Shown here one piece after another: positions 12,727-25,400 of a DNA stretch of 64,000 bases. Position numbers and translations under genes: made by a program. Source of the DNA: Amphiscolops sp. MND2022 (lineage: Eukaryota); assembly GCA_964187785.1 (NCBI GenBank), contig OZ076417.1, positions 49,786,001-49,850,000 of the forward strand. The letters are read 5' to 3'. The notes under the pieces were generated by a model, which saw only the letters and a list, made by a program, of their open reading frames with translations, did no database searches and was not told where the DNA came from. Within the stretch, counting starts at the first letter, position 1, and each line of letters begins with the position of its first letter.

Positions 12727-13893
12727 TGATATGTTGCAACAGAATGGATGTTAAGAAATCCCAAAGGGAGGAAGACCCTTAGTCTTTGTTAAACGTTTGT
12801 TAAACGTTTGAAGTTCCTAGGCTATCCAATGTCGGCCATCTTATCCGTTTCGTCGCATTAGTGTCTGTCTTAAAGAAAAACAAGCCAGGCAGGGACCAAA
12901 TCGATGCCCCGCTCATGGCACAAAAAGCGCAAAGTCAACGTTTGTCAGCTAAAAAATTATGAAAATGCAACGAAACACCGATTGGTGTGGAAAAACATTC
13001 CTCTGAAAATGTCGCACGAAAAACCAACATTCAGCATAGGTTAGTATCGATCCCGCCACCTCCAAGAGATGAACTCATTTGTGGTAACCACTAAACTAGC
13101 GCTTTTTTCAAACCAGCATAGTTAGGTGAAGTTTATAAAATTCATGAAAGTGGACGTTTCAGGGTGACTGAAGAAAAAACTTGATACCTGAGGAGTCTTA
13201 CAATTTTCCAAAAAACGCACACCAAAAAGAAGTAAGTTCATAGGTCTGATGATTTTAGTCAACTAAAAGCGCCGATTAGGCATTGTTATTTTCCGGCCAC
13301 ATATAGTGAGGGAGGAAAATCATGATCTGTGTTGCGTTTTTTTTTTCAAAATTCTGCCAAATCTCCTCAACCGACTTGACTATTTTAGTTACTATTAACT
13401 AAAATAGTCGAGTAACTAAAACAGCTTAGAGGGGGCATAATATCTGGGTGTAAAAATGGGAATAAGACCTAAAGGGAATAAGATCTAAAACTTTAGGACG
13501 GGAATAATATCTAAAGGCAATAAGATCTAAAATCACTAAATTTCAGATCTTATACTTTAAATCCTATTCCCCGGAATTATCCTATTTCTTATCCTCCCAA
13601 AATAGCTATGGCCCAGTTGGTGAAGGCGAAGAAGACGGAAAATATCCCGGTGCTTAGCGGGCGTCTTGTTTATAATTTAGATCTTAAGGACTCAAAAGCC
13701 GCCTCTCTATGAAAGCTCATCCAAACTGAAATCAATAACATACAGAAGACTCTTTTGCTGCACGGGTAGCACGACGTCCTGTGGAGCTACGAAGACTAAG
13801 ATCAGCTGTATTGTATAAAGCTACTCCATAAGGAAATCCTATTGACCTTTTTCACTGGGGCGTTTTTCCCTAGGGCGTTTTTTTCTTGGTCTT

Positions 13894-14398
13894 TTTTTAG
13901 TCGGCGTTTTCGAAGGAAAAGCACGACTCTTACAGTGGCTAGATTTTTTTCGTCAGTTCAACACGATCGGTCCACTTTTTTTGTTCATTTGTTTAACTTC
14001 TTGGCCGAGAGGTTAGCCCGGATTTTCTGGGGTCTGAGAAGCAGGGGAGCGTGGGTTCGAGTCTCGCACTAAACCACAAATTTTTATGCTTCCAAAAGTA
14101 GAGGGGAGACCAAAGGGTCCTCCCTTTGCGTTTTTTTGGCATTATGCGACATTGTTTCGAAAATTTTTATATTCTATCAAAGGGTACCCCCTCGAATTTT
14201 TTGAAGTTTTCGGTTCGTCAAAAACGTTTAATAAGCCAAAAGGGTCTCTTTTTGGGTTTTTCGGCAAAATGCGACTTTTTTACCAAACACTTTTTTTTGA
14301 AAAAAAAATATTTTTTTTCCCAAGTTTTTCCAATTGTTGTTCTTCGAATATTTTTGAGCCTTAGATGTGAAGCCGACTTGGGCCGTTCCCGGCTTGTT
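13894..14398 (+). mobile_element. Helentron-like repeat (HINE) copy with internal rearrangement
   Basis: 5' end tttttagtcggcgttttcgaaggaaaaagc at 13894; 3' end gccgacttgggccgttcccggcttgtt at 14398. Confidence 0.55.
14001..14076 (+). pseudogene. tRNA-derived fragment or SINE head (Leu/Ser-like)
   Basis: A-box-like TGGCCGAGAGGTTAG and B-box GGTTCGAGTC within GCGTGGGTTCGAGTC. Acceptor and anticodon stems do not pair. Confidence 0.35.
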
Positions 14399-16136
14399 AA
14401 AACTGGCAAAAAATTATGATTGATGAAAATGGCAAAAAGAAAAAATATAGCGCAAACTATTTTTGGTCATACAGGCAGGCTTGAGAAAAACGCTTGAAAT
14501 TGAGAAATCACACTATTTGCCGCAGGTTTCGAATTTGTAGGTAAAATATCTTTTTTTGCAATTTTGAAAAGTATTGAGAAGGACTGCAAAAACAGAACCT
14601 TTAACTCCAAATAAAAATATTATGAAGAATCATTTAAATGATCATATAATTTTTGTTATTCAAAGACGGTTCGGTTCGTTCAAAGGAATTATCACTTGAA
14701 TGAAACTGAATATAATAAATGAAAGCGCATTCCAGAAAGTGTTGTCAGCTATACACAATGATTCAGAAACAATTGCTGATTAATCCATAGTTAGTAATTC
14801 GCTGAAAGCCGAATATTTTAGAGAAACAATCCGTTCATTTTCATTCTCAGAAATCAAATTTGAGGCTCAAATTTGATTTTTACAATTTTGAAATGCATGG
14901 AGTATTCATCGAATACAATGGAATGCAGTAAAACGACTCCAATATCATGTAAAAGTTTGAATAACCCTTTAAAAGCAAAAAATCTCATAAAAATCCTGAT
15001 AAAAAGTTGAATGAATAACACTGTGGGCGGTTGAAAAAGACAAATATTCCAGAAAAACTTGAAAAACATCTTTATTTTTGAAGAAAGCTAATCCCACAAT
15101 TCCGCGGGGTGGACTCGGAATAAGCACAATCATAAGCTATGGTACCACACTGGCAGTCAAACAATGGTCGGCTTGAAGCTGCAATTTCAAAGTGACTAGC
15201 TCAAGGGCACAATTAACGTTAACTGTCTGACTGCTAACCATCAATTAAGACCGCATTTCACATGGGTCAAAAATAATAACCGCGACAAATTTCGTGAATA
15301 AATTTTACGGTCAGGGTTGGCCAATATGAAACATAGGTGATTCAAAACATGTTTTAAAACAGTTTTAAAACACTATTTTATTTTCATCAAAAAACATTCC
15401 GTTCAAATTTTTTAAAATTTCATGGACGTAATCGATCTAGACAGATTATACTTTATTATATGTTTTTATAAAATGTCAAGTGAAAAACTTACTTTTGTGA
15501 TGCAATGTTTGAATGATATTGAATGACAAATTCATTCTTTCAAGATTATTTTTCGGTCTTTGTTCGAGGGAATTTTCATCATGTTTCGAAACGTTTCAAA
15601 AAGTCCAAAACGTTTGTTTTGTTTAAAATTAATTCAAAAGATAGAATGGCCAACCCCTATTATGGTAGCCGAAATCAGAAAGGTGAATGATCTATTTTTT
15701 TCAAAAAATTTTTTGTCCGATTGAGACATAAGACATGTTCACATTTCCAGTTTTTGTTCACGGGTTTTTTGTAGTCTTCGATCCTTCGATCCCCATTAAC
15801 AGTTTCCGGTCTACTGCTTCAGGAAGCGAGGATAACAGGCCCGAAAGAAGAAAAGGTGATTATAGGCAAAAAAACGGTAATACAGGATGAGATGATTAAA
15901 CAACATTCGGCTCCAAAATATCATTATTACTAAAATGTCATTAATTTTCGCTGAAAGTAGAAAAGAACATTCGAGTTTGTCTCAAGTTTTTTATTCCATC
16001 AGAAACTTTTTTTGATACTTATTGTTACAGTAATGTGATAAATAAACTGTTCGACCTTTTAACAGCCGATGACTGTAAATAGCAAATCGAGTGTTCATTT
16101 GTTTTATCTTGAGTCGACCCATGAAATAATTGTGTA

Positions 16137-17200
16137 AAACAAGCCGGGACCGGCCCAAGTCGGCGCCATATCCAAGGCTCAAAAATAGCAAAATGACTTT
16201 CAAGTGTCAAGTATTCGTTTACAGTACTCGAAAATCGAAAAAATTATACACTAAAAAATTTGTAATGAAAAAATTACATACTAAAAAAATGAATCTAGGA
16301 AAACTCGTCAAAAACAACTCGTCGAAAACAACTCGCCGAAAACAACTGGTCGAAAATACTAGGCGGAAAACTCGTCGAAAAGCAACTCGCCGAAAATTCT
16401 CCGGCGGAAAACTCGTCGCAAGAATAGAAAATAATCTCAGGCAAATATAGTGCAAGCTTTGTGATCATACCGTGTTATGGAGTTCTAAATTATTATGAAG
16501 TATTACACTGTAAACTATAAAAGTGAATCATTTCAAGCAATTATATAACTAAAAAGGGGCTATATTCTGCGTAAAACTTAAGATTTTACGCATCAATTAA
16601 CAAAAATTAAATCATAATTAGAACTGAATCATCCCAGTGGGTAACCTGTAAGTATTCGACGAGTTTGCACTTAATTATCATTCGACGAGTTAATTTTCGA
16701 CCAGTTTTCCGCCCTTTATTTTCGACGAGTTGTTTTCGACGAGTTGCATTCGGCGAGTTGTTTTCGACGAGTTTTCCGCATACCTAAAAAAATGGACCGA
16801 GTGGCGCGCCGGGGCCCGCTAGCGCGAGCCCCTGGCGCGCTAAAGTCTCACAATGCCGAAAAAATGAAAGAGGGACCCTTTGAGATTTTTCAACATCCAT
16901 TCTGTCGCAAAACATCAAAAAAATGCAGGGGGACCCTTTGAGGAAAAAAAATTCCGAAAAAAATGTCTCGCAGTGCCGAAAAAAAATGAAAGGGGGGACT
17001 CTTTGGTCTCGCCCGGTATGGTATGTTACGCGGAAAAACAGGTAAAACCATTTTGGTCCAGTTCGCTAGGCCAAATGGTGCAATTTGACACCATAAGATT
17101 TTGTAGAACTTTTAAGAACTATTTTGGTCAGTTCGTGTGGATAGAAAAAAAAGAGCCACTATAATAGTCGCGTTTCACTTCATGAAGCGCCGACTAAAAA
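16137..17200 (-). mobile_element. Helentron-like repeat (HINE) copy interrupted by a foldback MITE
   Basis: 3' hairpin and subTIR at 16137-16170. 5' end cgcgtttcacttcatgaagcgccgactaaaaa at 17169-17200. Confidence 0.7.
16291..16784. mobile_element. Foldback/Mutator-type MITE
   Basis: Inverted arms made of ~15-bp repeats (aactcgtcgaaaac). Perfect 9-bp TSD taaaaaaat at 16282-16290 and 16785-16793. Confidence 0.8.
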
Positions 17201-17511
17201 TTGTTTAAAAAGATTGAGACGCCTTGTTTTTGCTCATTTTTAGTTTCGTCGTTTCGCGAAAACGTTTTTAGTTTAAAAAAGTTGGTGAGTTATGTAAGAT
17301 TACGAAACGCTACAGGTGTTAACTATCCCTGGCGAAATACAATATATTTTCTTGCAAGAAATTATTTTCAAAAACATTCAATTTTGAAGAAGTTTGAACA
17401 AAAAACTCTTTAATAAAAATAAATTTCATCGAACAGAAAAGTTCAAAATTCTGTCTTACATAATTTTATCGCCATCGCCTTAACATGCGAAAAAGAAAGC
17501 ATATAAATAAA

Positions 17512-17963
17512 CATGTTGGACCATGTCATCTATTCCCCCCAGGTACACCTTGTTGGGAATACCCCCCAACACGAAAGCACATTTTGTTCTTGAATGAAAA
17601 TATTTCAGTAATGAGAGAATATTATATGAATGTATATACTTAGAGGATTGTCTCTACAATTATTTGGACACTTCAGGCAAAAAATACGCTAATTTTTTCA
17701 TGATATTGTCCAAAATAGCAAAAATCCACGTTTGAAACAAGCTAAAATTGTATAAAAAGGCCCTATTTCAAATTTTGTTCGCTATAAAATCTAATGAGCA
17801 ACTTTTAACTGACAGTAAATGTAATGGTAGGATTATGTCGACATCAATTATTTTATTGGACCAAAATTTCAACGCAAACGATGTCGACATAATGGTATTT
17901 GAACCTTCTGTCTTATTTCCCCCGCCGCAGTTTGGGGGGAAATAGATGACATGGTCCAACATG
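17512..17963. mobile_element. MITE with CATG termini, P-element-like
   Basis: About 28-bp TIR CATGTTGGACCATGTCATCTATT(TT)CCCCC. Flanks ataaataa(a) / ataaataa are consistent with an 8-bp TSD. Confidence 0.65.
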
Positions 17964-18914
17964 ATAAATAATTATATCTCTAAATTGATCTTCGCGTTTT
18001 AGGAAAACAGTAGGAAACTAAATAGTAACTGTTTTAGAATATTGGAATCCAAAAGAAAACCTAATTCAATCAAACTGCTTCGATCGAATAGAATTTGGGG
18101 TAGCTTCGATTCAAAGATTAGCGTTCCTTTCATTCAAATAATGCTGAAGTAGGACCTTGTTCTCGGCTTTTAACGTCACTGCCATTCTCGAAACTGATTG
18201 GATACGAATCGATTTATGTACATTTCGGGACATCGTATTCAGCGAACAAAAAACGCTCAAAGGTTTTTAGACTTCAACTGTATTGTTTGCAAACAAGCTG
18301 ATTAAAATCAATTTGTATGTCAATCATTTAGGGTGGACCTCAAATTTTTCATTAGTTCTATTGTTCAGTGGATGTTCGGTGAGGTATTTTTGTTAAAAGA
18401 ATTGAGGTAAAACGAAACTGAACTGATCTGAACTATTGGTTTTCAACTAGTGCGGAAACTAGCGAAAATAATTGCTTCTTGAAGTTATCTTCAAAGATTC
18501 ACATCTTGAAAATATCAAGTTTTTCCCAGGATCTAATTATTAAATTGAAAGCTGCCTAAGTATCTCAATATCTATCACAAAACGTTTAGACACTAACGAT
18601 GTTGACACTTGAAAAAAATATCAGTTGAAATTGCGATGTGTGCCTACAAACTACAGGGAATTTTTGTAGATTAACTTTTGTAGTAGTTGGAGTATGGTTG
18701 TTAGATTCCCCCAATTTTAAGAGCCCGCTTCGAGATCACTTGCGCCCGAGGTTGAAATCTCAGAGATATTGTGAAATTCTGTTAACGCCTATCGAATAAA
18801 ACCTATAATGACAGCTATAATAATCACACCATAACTACTATAATAACGGATATACTATAGACATATATAGAAATTCTAATACCCTTAAACTTCAAAAGCC
18901 AAGTCTTAGTGCAA

Positions 18915-19349
18915 AGGGTCCCCTTTCATTTTGTACGTAACCTACAAAACCGGATGAGATTAAAAAGTCCCACCTTTCGATTTTTTTCGGCACTGTGCGA
19001 CTTTTTTCGAAAATATTTTTGTCTTCAAAGGGTCCTTCCTTCGATTTTATTGAAGTCCCCCTCGTAAGCGCTATATCCGAACTTTTGACGTTATATCGGA
19101 ACTATGTTGCGTTTTTGTAAGGAGGAGGCGGAGGTCCGAAAACAGGACTTTTTCATGTCTCTAAAGGGTTCCCATTCAATTTTTTTGATATTTTGCTACA
19201 GAATGGATGTTAAAAAATCCCAAAAGGCCCCCTTCGGGTTTTTTCGGGTACTGTGGAAGAGAATTTTTGACGCTTTGAAGTTCTTTTGCTATTTTTGAGC
19301 CTTAAGCGTTAAGTGGAGTTCCGACTTATGCCGTTCCCGTCTTGTTTTT
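18915..19349 (+). mobile_element. Helentron-like repeat (HINE), diverged copy
   Basis: Family body (gggtcccctttc, ttttttcggcactgtgcgac) and a degenerate 3' end, ccgacttatgccgttcccgtcttgttttt. Confidence 0.55.
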
Positions 19350-20980
19350 AATCACGTAAAACTCTGAGCAGTCGAATTAGCTGAACTATTTGAACAAAAT
19401 TTTTTTTGTTAAAAAGTGAATTTAATCTGAATTAAATTTTCAAGTAACGCTACACTACTCTATCAACTCTAAACTGAAGATCAAAAACTCCAGATATAAC
19501 ATTCATGAACACTTTTTTGTTCACACTTTTGGACTTATCGGATTAAAAAACTCAAGTTCGATCACTACGATGATTGATTGAAAATTTTTCAAATTGCAAT
19601 TGGGAATAGCTTCCTTAGTTTATTCCACTTTTTACATGTTTTCTTTTGTTGTAGCTGTCCTTATAATATTCCATGCCAGGTGGAACTTTTCAACAATAAC
19701 TACACAGTTCCGTGATATAGGAAAAATTGTAAACAACAAAGCGACATGTCTGATGAATGTTGATTTTACACTTACAACTGGTTATAACTGTACAATATAG
19801 CAAAATAGTTAACACCAACACTGCGACTTTATATTCAATGTGCGGGAAATATGACCTTGAAATATTAACAAGAGAGGGAACAAAGGAATTTATGGAAAAA
19901 TTATTGCGACCGATCGGGGTGCTTATAGTCCCATTGAAACTCTTATCTGGGGATTGGTCCTTTGCTACCATCCATTGGGATGGTAAATGGTACGAAATTA
20001 GAATAAGGTTTACAGAAAGCGATTATAATCGGGCGGGTAGGATAGCTCGCGAACACGTGGGAAACATCCATATACTATTTACCATACATACCATATAGTA
20101 CCTCCCTAAATTTCCCTAAATCAAGAGGAGTGAACCAGGATAACATTGAAAACAGAGAAGGGACGGGTTGGGTGGTTTTTGTTAGCGAGAGGCGGGGGGG
20201 GGGGGTAGTGTTTGGGCTTCGGTTGTTGTTGGAACACCACAGTTAAGTTATAATTTTTCTTACTAAGCTATCATAATTTTTATTATTATCGTTATTATTT
20301 AGGTACATAATAATGGAAGAAAAGAAGACAAAATGTTGGGAAAGATGGAAAGATAAGAAAGCTTTCGTTAAATTTCCCTCTTTTCAATCCATGGCCACCC
20401 GTTAGTGTATTATCATCATCATCACCTTCTCTTTCAAGTAATGAATCCCCCCTCAGGATGTAAGGATATCGCAACAAGGTTATAGGGATAAGTTGGCCAC
20501 CAAATGTGAGTGTATTTACTCTCAAGGAACATGTTATCATCGATCGCGGGTGTAATTACATAAGCATTTAAAATAATAGCAGCACTCAGCTCTGCAACTT
20601 TGAATGGATCCAGACAGCTAATGGGATCCCTAGGCAAGCAGGGGATGTATTGTATCATTCCATCTATTTCCACAAGGTCGACCAACTCAGGCCACCAAGG
20701 TTCAAAATTTCAGTCTGCCACTTGGAAGAATATCTATCCCAAAAATATTTGTTAATTTTGAAAAAAATGCATCCCTCATTCAAAAGTCGCCGCAAATAAG
20801 GTCCGCGTCACTGGCTCGGTTAAAAATACTAGCCGCGCGGCAATTTTCGAAACAAAAAACACGGTATTTCAGAATGTAAAAGAAATATTTTTTCATTAGA
20901 AGCCGCGGCTTCAGTAGGAGTTGGATAAATATAAGGAAATGTTTCTTCATTAGAAGCCGCGGCTTCAGTAGGAGTTGAAT

Positions 20981-21538
20981 CATAGATTTGACTCGCTAAT
21001 TTTTTTTTCGCTAATCGCTAACTGACGCTAATTACACATCGCTAATCGCTAACTTCGCTAATTGACAGTCGCAAATCGCTAACGCTAATTAAAACCATAG
21101 TGAAAAGTTCAATTCACATTATATTTAATAATGAGCAATTTTGATAACATTTCACGAAAAAGTCGAGATCGTTTTGGAGTTATATAGCAGTTCTTGTAAG
21201 GAATCAGTATATGTAGAGACAATTTATAATACATATGTAATGTTTGATGTAAAATAAAACGTTGTTTTAGAAAAGTGACCAATAGGAAAACGCCATTGCT
21301 AAGTGGTCGCTAAATAATACCGTATTTCTTCGAATAGAAGTCGCCCCCGAATATAGGCCCCATTAAGCAGCTTAACGTATTTCTTCGAATATAAGCAGCG
21401 AAATCACTGCAGAAAAAACTTACAAGCCGCGGCCTGTATTCGAAGAAATACGGTCTGTATTACGCTAACGTATTTCCGCTAATGTAATCCCTCGCTAACG
21501 CTAAAGCGGCACTATTAGCGATTAGCGTCAAATCTCTG
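20981..21538. mobile_element. hAT-type MITE
   Basis: TIR CA(T/G)AGATTTGAC, many internal cgctaa subrepeats, and a perfect 8-bp TSD agttgaat on both sides. Confidence 0.85.
21320..21453. mobile_element. Tc1/mariner-type MITE nested in the hAT MITE
   Basis: Perfect 17-bp TIR CCGTATTTCTTCGAATA. Left flank TA, right flank TC. Confidence 0.65.
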
Positions 21539-21648
21539 AGTTGAATATAGTAAACGCGATGTCTAGTTCAAAGTTTCCGGAGTAGTTCCTGAATTCCCAT
21601 ATTTTATCTAGAAAAAATACCGAGAATGGTGATATAAACAGTGATACA

Positions 21649-21728
21649 CACTATTGTTCACTAAAGCTGTTGACAAATTGACAAGCAATTGAGATTGCAT
21701 TTGTCAACATCTTTAGTGAACAATAGTG
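21649..21728. mobile_element. 80-bp hairpin MITE
   Basis: 30-bp TIR cactattgttcactaaag(c/a)tgttgacaaat with 1 mismatch. Flanks CA / TA. Confidence 0.6.
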
Positions 21729-21989
21729 TATCATTTTTAAAATTTTGTACACTTTTACTTCAGATTGTTGTCTCAAAAGAAGCTCTTGTGAGCTTATCTA
21801 TGAATTTACACCGAACAATGAAACTATTTAGGCTACAAAAAAGCTGCTAAACGTTTTTTTTGTATCAAAATTTTGAATAGAATGTTTGATTCAATCGTAA
21901 AAAAATGAATGTACATTTTATATCAGATAAAATCCTTGTAACCTCAAAAAACATCGGATATTATTTCATTACTGAAGCTGTATCATTAT

Positions 21990-22458
21990 CAGGGTCCGGA
22001 TTTTAGGTGGTAAAAAATCGATAAAATAGGTGGTGAAAAGGTGCTAAAAATACCAAAAATAAGTGCTGAATAGGTTCTAAAACCGGGTAGACTATTCAAA
22101 TTTTGTATTTTAATTTTGTATTTCAGGAGTACATAATGCTACAAAAAAAATCAAAGAATTTTGTTACAGTAGCAAGTTCCTTTCTCGGCGCACACGTTTC
22201 TCGCGCTCCACATTTTCCAAGTGTTTACGCGTTTCCAAATGTTGGGTTATATGAGAATATGCCTTGGCACAGTACTGTGGCGTTGTTTTATTTTTCCCAT
22301 TTGTTATTGATTGCTACTGCTATTTCTGAGAAACGTCAAAATCTGCATCAAATAGGTGTTAAAACAAGCAACGCTGCAAAATAGGTGGTGAAAACGGAAA
22401 GAGCCATTTCAGATACTAGTAGGTGAAAATAGGTGCCAAAACGATTCTCCGGGCCCTG
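21990..22458. mobile_element. hAT-type MITE
   Basis: TIR CAGGG(T/C)CCGGA, internal aataggtg subrepeats, and a perfect 8-bp TSD atcattat. Confidence 0.85.
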
Positions 22459-25400
22459 ATCATTATATGTTTTGAGTTGAGTATTATGATGGGAGTAAGA
22501 ACAATCGTTTTTATTCGAAAGCATGGAAAATCTATTTCCAATGTCATGTATATTGTTCGATCGACAGATCTAAGTCCTCTCAATGTTAAGAGTGCTGTTT
22601 GTTTTCTTGCATGAAATATTCTCAAAAATTACTTGAGTTGCGTTTATTCTTGGTTTTGGCACCCAAAACCTCCTAAAAATACTGATTACTCTATCAAGCA
22701 CTTGTTGAAACCATGACACAAACCGAAATCGAGGCCAAACTCACTTATTTCTACAAAATATCGTTGCTAATATTCCCCTTAATGGGCAATTATTACCTCT
22801 TTTTGTTTTTGGGGAAGTTCTTAATAAAGAGAATATTGAGTATTATGGAAAAATTGGCAGCTTTTTGAAACCATGATATGATGAAACTTGAATTGTTAAT
22901 CCACACTTTATAGAAAAAACTGGTTCGCTGACGAAATAAGTTTTTCCTCTTTTTCCTCATCTTCTTTTGATCACAGCCCTTAAAATTTTAGAAGGGTTGT
23001 TTAAGCGAATGAGCAAAGCCTTTGAAATTCGGTAACGAATTTTCATTGTGATAAATGAATCAAATATGGAAGCTGTAATGGTTTCATGCAACACTTTAGA
23101 GTTTTTTTAATTAAAAATGTAAAAAAACTATGGAAAATTCACTAAATACCCGGGAAATCTAAAAACCCTGGAAGAATCTGGTTTTCGTTTCAATTTGTCT
23201 CACACTAGAAAAAAGACTGCACCGTACAAAATTTACCTACAAAAACAATAAATAAATTTTTTTGAAAACAAAAACATCTTTCAAAAATCTTTAAATTGCA
23301 TGAATAGATAATTTTTGAACACTAAAAATGGTTTTTCACGTGAAAGACAATAAAACATTTGGTTTGCATTCAAAGATTTTCCCATCTATGGAAAATAGCG
23401 CCATACAGTTTTTTATGCCAGCTGTTTTTCGAATAAAGCCAATGAAAAACCGTTTTCGGAAACCCAAATTTTGAAAACAATGAAAAACCCAAAAGCCTTC
23501 AGTAATGTGCATTTTTCTTGACTGATTATTTTTCATTCTCAGCAATGTTTTGAAATCATGCTTGTTTAGTGAAAACAAAAACTAAAAATTGCTAAACTCT
23601 AGCAAAGCAGAAACTTGTAGTAAACGCCAAAAAAGCTATTTAAAAAAATGAACAAAGTCTTGTCTAAAAAGTCGAGAAGCAGTTTGAGAAGCAGTTTCTG
23701 TTGAAATGTCTTAATCTTGAAGCGATTGAGCGTAAATAAGCTAACACAATTCATGCAAAAAATTGTTTCTCAATGTTTTTTTTCACTTTCAAGATTTCCT
23801 TTTTTCTTCCACAACAAGAATAACCCCTCGATCGATCCATTCAATTTATATTCATCCCGTTTTACAATATACTTTTCTCCCTGCAATTGTTTCTTCCCAA
23901 ACGGTGCATTAACCACCCGTCAACATTCAAACAAACGCGGGAAAATGTGGAGAATTAACTTTTATTGGCTCTGACGTCTCCCAACTTGCATTCAGTCTCG
24001 ATGGGGGGTTGGGACAATTAGATCTGCTAACGAGAGAGGAGAGGAGAGGAGAGGAGTTGGTCCCACGGGAGGGTGAGTCCCTTTCTGAGAAGGTGAGGAT
24101 ACCCGTCCTTTCTCTTGTCTGTCTCTCTCTCCCTCGACACAACCAAGTGCATCCCAACGTAGCTCCTCACCCCAAACAACCCAACCCCCCTACATTTCAA
24201 AACCCAAACCACCCACCCACCCTTTCAATTTCCTCTCCAGAAACGCGCAAAACTTCCTTCCAAAGAGCAACTTCAACATGCCTTGAAGTTTTGTGAGCAC
24301 CTTTCAAATGGCCGTGTCAAGTTTTCACGATGATTCCTTATCAGAGCTTAACCTCAAAACTTCATTCATAATGCTTTAGTATGTATGGCAAGTCTATTCA
24401 ATTTTTGGTATGAAACTTTCAAAACAACTTCAACTGTTGCAAAAGAAGTCTTTTGCCGATGTCATCAAAAAGAAACCAAAATAGTTATCTCTCAGCCGCG
24501 TTTCATAACACAAATGTTGCCATACTTTGATTTCATATCCAAAAGACAGAGTTCATTTCAAAAGAAAAAAAGACAAAAAGTAATTTGGTAGCAAACACAA
24601 TTAAAAATTTATATGAAACTGGCTTTACAAAAGTGCAAAGTTCACTTTTATTATGAAGTGTTTGGTACAATTTGTGAACAAGTGTTTGAACTTTTCCATG
24701 TCCTATAAAATTAACCTCTGTTTTTTCTTGTGATACTAACATAGCCCGGTGCTGAAAATATCCTGACGTTTAGCGGAATCTTGACGTTCAATGCGGCTAC
24801 CAAATCGGTGATTCTGATTTCAAAATTCAGCTTGTCAGTAACTCAAATAGCAGATTTTTCATCAAATTAGAATATTGGGTACCTCATGAAATAGAATTGA
24901 ATTGAATTCCGTCAAGTTTATGTAAAAGAAACCTAAATTGCTGTCAAATTGTGATTCCAAATGAGAAAAAAACCTTGAGAAAAGCATAGGCTTTCATAAT
25001 TTTTCATTTCTTTCCTCTGTTTTTTTTAAAAAGATATATGCTCCCTTGCAAAAACAGAACATCATCTGACATTTTCTGACGCTTTTGAATGTAAAAGGAA
25101 ACAACCAAAAAGTTGGGATCCCAAAAACAAGTATTTGCTCATTTTACCGCGGGGTGGACGCCGAATAAGCAGTTCTGCTTTTCTAAGTCGGCGCCCTTCC
25201 GGATACTATCTCCCCACAGCAAGCTATGGTACCATATTTGCAGCCAAGTGGTCAAGTAATGGTGGACTTGAAGCTGTGGTTTCAAAGTGACTTGCTCAAG
25301 ATCTAGCCACGTAAGGATGCTTCGCAACTAGATGTTTACCAACACTATCCTCGACAGTACACCGAGAAGTCGAAAAATTGACAAAATTTTGGCAAAATTT

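Noticed and set aside
16291-16784. Short regularly spaced repeats resembling a CRISPR array (also 6343-6480 and 27072-27548)
   Set aside because: There are no unique spacers or cas genes. The repeats form inverted arms, two of the three with 9-bp TSDs, so they are foldback transposon ends.
20120-20240. Apparent homology between C/G-rich tracts at 10400, 20160 and 24180
   Set aside because: The similarity is limited to low-complexity C-runs, so homology cannot be established by eye.
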